A DNA stretch of 64,000 nt from Octopus vulgaris (Eukaryota). Shown in pieces: positions 59,397-64,000 of this stretch (position 1 is its first letter; every line of letters starts with the position of its first letter). The stretch lies in assembly GCA_951406725.2 (NCBI GenBank), contig OX597827.1, positions 558,001 to 622,000 on the forward strand, read 5' to 3'. The position numbers were made by a program, and so were the translations under genes. Under the pieces are notes generated by a model. That model ran no database searches. It saw nothing but the letters and a program-made list of their open reading frames with translations, and was not told the DNA's origin.

Positions 59397-60330
59397 GTAC
59401 ATACATACATATATATATATATATGCATTTTTAACTGCTAGTATCTCATCTAGTTATTCAAATTTCGCATGCCCACTCATTAGTCCATGGACTAATGTGG
59501 AGGAAATCTGAATGAGGACAGCAGATAGGTATTGGAAAAGGAAAGAGAAGGGGACCTAGCTGGGTTTTGATTGACTGATTGAATGATTGAATGAATAAAT
59601 TGATTGGTTACACCAGGGGTTGGCGAACAGGGGTAAATTTTTCTTCTGGTATGAGGAGGCAGTCAAAAAGTTGCTGCTTTTTGCAACAGGCTACCTTTGC
59701 GAACAAGGATTTTCCACTAATGAATGTAAAAACAAAGCAGAGTAATTGTTTGAACCCCAGAGACTCCAAATTGCTCTGACATTAAAATGCCCCAATTTTG
59801 AAGTAATTGTAATAAAAATGAAACATCATTTCTCCAAAACCTGAAGTGAAAAAGTTTCTAGAAAAATCCTTTTCTTTCACAATGAGGATATTAATTTATT
59901 TTATTGAATTTGTTTTATATTTTTTATATTTATAATTGTACTCTCCATATAAATAGTTTCAATAAACCTTTTGAATTCAAAGTTTCTATGATTTTCTTCC
60001 TTTCAAAACAAGGGGGTAACATTTGCATAAATGTAATTTGGGGTAATTGGCTAAAACACTTCCCTGACCACTGAGTTAAGTGGTTAAACCAGTTGACTAA
60101 AAATAATGAAAGAAGTGAAATAAAACCTGTGTGTATGTTTATTAATGACATGATGACCCTCCCAAGAAACAGTGAAATCTGTTTTAGCATATGAGTTCAA
60201 ATCAAGAATCTTGGAAACCAAATATATAAACAAAATTATAAATTTTATATTAGGGTTTTAGAGATTCAAAAGTTAGAATTTAAAGGTCGTTAGATATTAG
60301 ATGACTTTTTGCATTCATTAAGTTACACAT

Positions 60331-60751
60331 CTGTGTGGTGAGAAGTTTCCTTACTAACCACATGGTTCTGGGTTCAGTCTCATTGCATGTCACTTTGGGT
60401 GAGTGTCTTCTACTATAGCCTTGAGCTGACCAAAACCTTGAGTGGACTTGATAGATGGAAACTGAAAGAAGCCCATTGTATGTGTTGTGTGAGTGTGTGT
60501 TGTGTGTGTGAGTGTGTGTGTGTGTGTTTGTGTGTGCATGTATTTGTGCCTGTGTTTGTCCCCCTCACCGCTTGACAACCAGTGTTTCTTTGTTTACATC
60601 CCAGTAACTTAGTTCTTCATCAAAAGAAACTAATAGAATAAATGCCAGGCTTAAAAAAGTACCGATGTTGATTTGTTCAACTAAAAACTTTTCAAGGTGG
60701 TGCCCCAGCATGGTCACTGTCTAATGGCTGAAACAAGTAAAGGATAAAAGA
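60331..60751 (+). mobile_element. CORE-type SINE, full length, diverged
   Basis: Head and tail motifs present. Confidence 0.8.
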
Positions 60752-61145
60752 TTCTAACATATAATGGAGTAAATAAAAACTCTCTGTCAAAATTATGCAT
60801 CATAAAATTGTCTATGGAAATAAATATGATTGCATTTAGGAATTTACCAATTTCTGAAATTACTAGCATATTCGTGAAAGAAAACTAATAGAGAGTATGT
60901 GCTGTCGGGAGTTAGCGTGATCTTGGATTTGTGAGGTTCTTTGAATGGCCTCATTTGTAAGTTTTCCTGTATCAGGCAAACTTCGTCCACATATTCCTAT
61001 ATTTTTGTATACCTTATTTTGTAGGCTTTTCATTCCATCTCCTTTCCTCCTCATCACCCAATCTTATCTAAACCATTGTACATTGTAACCTGTCTTTGTA
61101 ATGTTCCCTTCATCTGTGTCCCTGGGATAAATATAATATATTATT

Positions 61146-61210
<65 letters not shown>

Positions 61211-61260
61211 CATGTCATCATCATCATCATTATCATCATTATCATCATTATTACCCATAA

Positions 61261-61463
61261 GGCAGTGACCTAGCAGAATAGAGTAAGAAAAATTGCTGTA
61301 TTTATTCCAGTTCTTTATGTTCTGAGTTCAAATCCTGCTGAGGTCAACTTTGCCTTTCATCCTTTCAGAGTTGATAAAATAAACTACCAGTTAAGTACTG
61401 GAGTCAATGTAATCAACTTGCTTCTACCCTCAAAATCATTAGCCATTTGTCAAAATTGGAAGC
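61261..61463 (+). mobile_element. Nin/Deu-domain SINE
   Basis: gagttcaaatcc B-box; tttgcctttcatcctttcagagttgataaaataaactaccag. Confidence 0.7.
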
Positions 61464-61520
61464 CACCACCACCACCATCATCATCATCATTAAGAAACTT
61501 GACAAGCACTGAGTTTTTTA

Positions 61521-61689
61521 GATTGACTGAGCAATCAGCTGAAGCCTCTACAGGATGTGCACAGTCTATGGGTGATGGCCACAGATGACTAGAGCTGACT
61601 TGAATATGATTAATGAAAGTATTGATAGAAAAATGACAGTGGTGATAATGATAATGATGATGATGACGATGATGATAACAACAACAATA

Positions 61690-61723
<34 letters not shown>

Positions 61724-61850
61724 GAAGAAGAAGAAGAAGAAGAAGAAGAATAATAGACACTAAGTTAATAAAGAAAAGTTTACAAGTTGCCAAAGTCACA
61801 ACAAACACATATAGGCCCACCACTATACTTTTCTGGTTCTCCATCACTAC

Positions 61851-61884
<34 letters not shown>

Positions 61885-63432
61885 TACACACACACACACA
61901 CACACACGGACCACATGCATATATGCTCACATATACATTCACAAGCACACACAAAAAAAGCAAGAATAATATTCGATAGCTAAACCTCTCATCTCTACTC
62001 TTAAAAACGATGACAACAAAAGAAAAATCAAAAATAGCAAAAGTGACAACAAAATCAAAAACAAAAAGAAAACCTAAAGCAGTGTTGCCAGCTAAACCAA
62101 CCAAGAGAATAACAATAGGTGCAGAGTACCTCAACGACGACGATACATCGAACCATAAAAACTTGTCACTGTTCATCATCAAATGATTGATAGATATTTC
62201 TTTTGTGTCTGCATTCAAGCAAAACCTCAGTTCTGCTATGAAACACTGCTGTTCCACTCTCCGAGACTTATGGACTGTGTGATTGATAATGAAGACTCCT
62301 GTCAAACAATAAATCATACATACACAGTTACCTTTTCCCAACGCCTGGCCTCAACAACTGTCCGATATCCGATGATCGCGTGTCTGTCTGTTTGTCGAAG
62401 TTCCAACAAGCAAACCAGCAGCTTGTAGTTGCTGTTGTTGTTGTTGTTACTCTTTGTATTATTTCAACAGAACTTTACTGCAATTCCATCACCATGACCA
62501 TCACCACCAACACCACTAACTCCAAATTCCTTCTGCCTTCTTGCTTCTTTATTCACTTGTTCACTCTTTGAGATGCTTCCATTGTTCCGTTGTTGCCGAC
62601 CTAGCTGCTTCTCCACAAACTTTTCTTTCCTTCTTTCTCATTCTTCTTCTTCATCCCCAACTTCCTCATTCTTCTTCTTCTTCTTCTTCTTCTTCTTCTT
62701 CTTCTTCTTCATTCTTCTTCATTCTTCTTCTTCTTCTTCTTCTTCTTCTTCTTCATTCTTCGTCTTCATTCTTCTTCTTCTTCTTCATTTTTCTTCTTCT
62801 TCTTCTTCTTCTTCTTCTTCTTCTTCTTCTTCTTCTTCTTCTTCTTCTTCTTCTTCTTCTTCTTCTTCTTCATTCTTCGTCTTCATTCTTCTTCTTCTTC
62901 TTCATTTTTCTTCTTCTTCTTCTTCTTCTTCTTCTTCATTCTTCTTCATTCTTCATCTTCATTCTTCTTCTTCTTCTTCATTCTTCTTCTTCTTCATTCT
63001 TCTTCTTCTTCTTCTTCTTCTTCTTCTTCTCCTCCTTCACCTCCTTCCCCCTCTCTTTAACCTAAACCAGAACCTACTATCTCCTCCAACAACGGAAGCT
63101 GTCAAATCATCTCTTTCAGTTTATTTTATTCATTTACTCTCATCACCACCACCACCACCACCACCACCACCACCACCACCATCACCATCACCACCACCAC
63201 CACCACCATCACCACCACCACCACTACCACCACCACCACCACCACCACCACCATCACCATCATCATCATTACCACTACCATGACCGTCATCATCATCATC
63301 AGCACCACTACCAACTTCACTTATTCTGTTGATACCTTCATTAATCTTATTAAGTCAGTTCTAGTCATCTGTGGCCATCACCCATAGACTGTGGACATCC
63401 TGTAGAGGCTTCAGTTGATTGGTCAATCAGTC
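61521..63432. repeat. Long-range inverted repeat, arms ~61521-61645 and ~63308-63432
   Basis: 81-bp core with 6 mismatches plus ~45 bp of more diverged extension. Confidence 0.9.
62640..63300. repeat. (CTT)n and (CCA)n microsatellites
   Basis: Direct reading. Confidence 0.95.
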
Positions 63433-64000
63433 ATCCAGAGAGAGGCTGCTGGCAATACCAAATGAGGCAAGGAAAGTGTAGGTGGGGGCTGGGAAGGAGA
63501 AGGAAATTGGTGGAATATTTCTATGCTTTTTTTTAAAAAAAATTATTTCTTTTTATTTTTTTATCTGCTGCAGATCTTTTCTGCAGATCTTTTCTTATCA
63601 ACTTTCATAACACTGATGGACCACGAAATCAGACAGAGAAACTATGTGGTCGGTTGATCTGCTTGAAATAGCAACCAAATCTCCCTTACCACATCCTACC
63701 ATCTTATATAAGAATAAGAAAACTCATTCGATAATGCAGGCATACATTTGTCAAAATGAATGTGATGGTCATGGCTTTGATCACAGAATGGAATGCAAAG
63801 TGTGTCTGAGTGTATGGATGCATGAATGTGTGAATTAGAGTCTGTATAGGTGTGAATCTGTGTGTGTGTGTGTATTATAGTGTGTGCATATGTGAATGTG
63901 TGTCGATGTTTGTATATGTTTTTCTTTTGTGCCTGAATGTGTGTGTTTGAGTGTGTGTTTGAGTGTGCATGTATGTATGAATGTATTTGTGAATATGTAT

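Noticed and set aside
60860-61135. Possible decayed REL-type retrotransposon 3' end next to (TAT)n
   Set aside because: Only a faint IQKITL..TAH resemblance that needs frameshifts; insufficient support.
61847-62341. 164-aa minus-strand ORF as a membrane protein
   Set aside because: Hydrophobicity comes from T-rich composition and a (TG)n end; no recognisable domain.

Overview
Eukaryotic, very AT-rich, microsatellite-saturated non-coding DNA. It is most likely from an octopus (coleoid cephalopod) intron or intergenic region; this is inferred from the SINE types and repeat density, not checked against a database. No host protein-coding gene can be supported: almost all listed ORFs are translations of (TA)n, (CA)n, (TACA)n, (TCTA)n, (TAA)n or (GAT)n tracts. 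The real coding remnants are all transposon-derived. They are a young, uninterrupted but 5'-truncated R4/Dong-type retrotransposon in (TAA)n, a young Tx1/L1-type ORF2 3' part in (TCTA)n, RTE fragments, three decayed Penelope-like elements (one Naiad-type) and a mariner fragment. There are also many tRNA-derived SINEs, non-autonomous Helitrons and MITEs. Most notable: about a dozen minimal hammerhead-ribozyme motifs (complete or half) of several sequence families sit in short elements embedded in (TA)n tracts. One has a non-canonical core, and its predicted cleavage site coincides with an inversion breakpoint. Also notable are a ~125-bp long-range inverted repeat with G-U-biased mismatches and a six-copy palindromic motif array spaced by microsatellites. 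All alignments and folds were done by eye.
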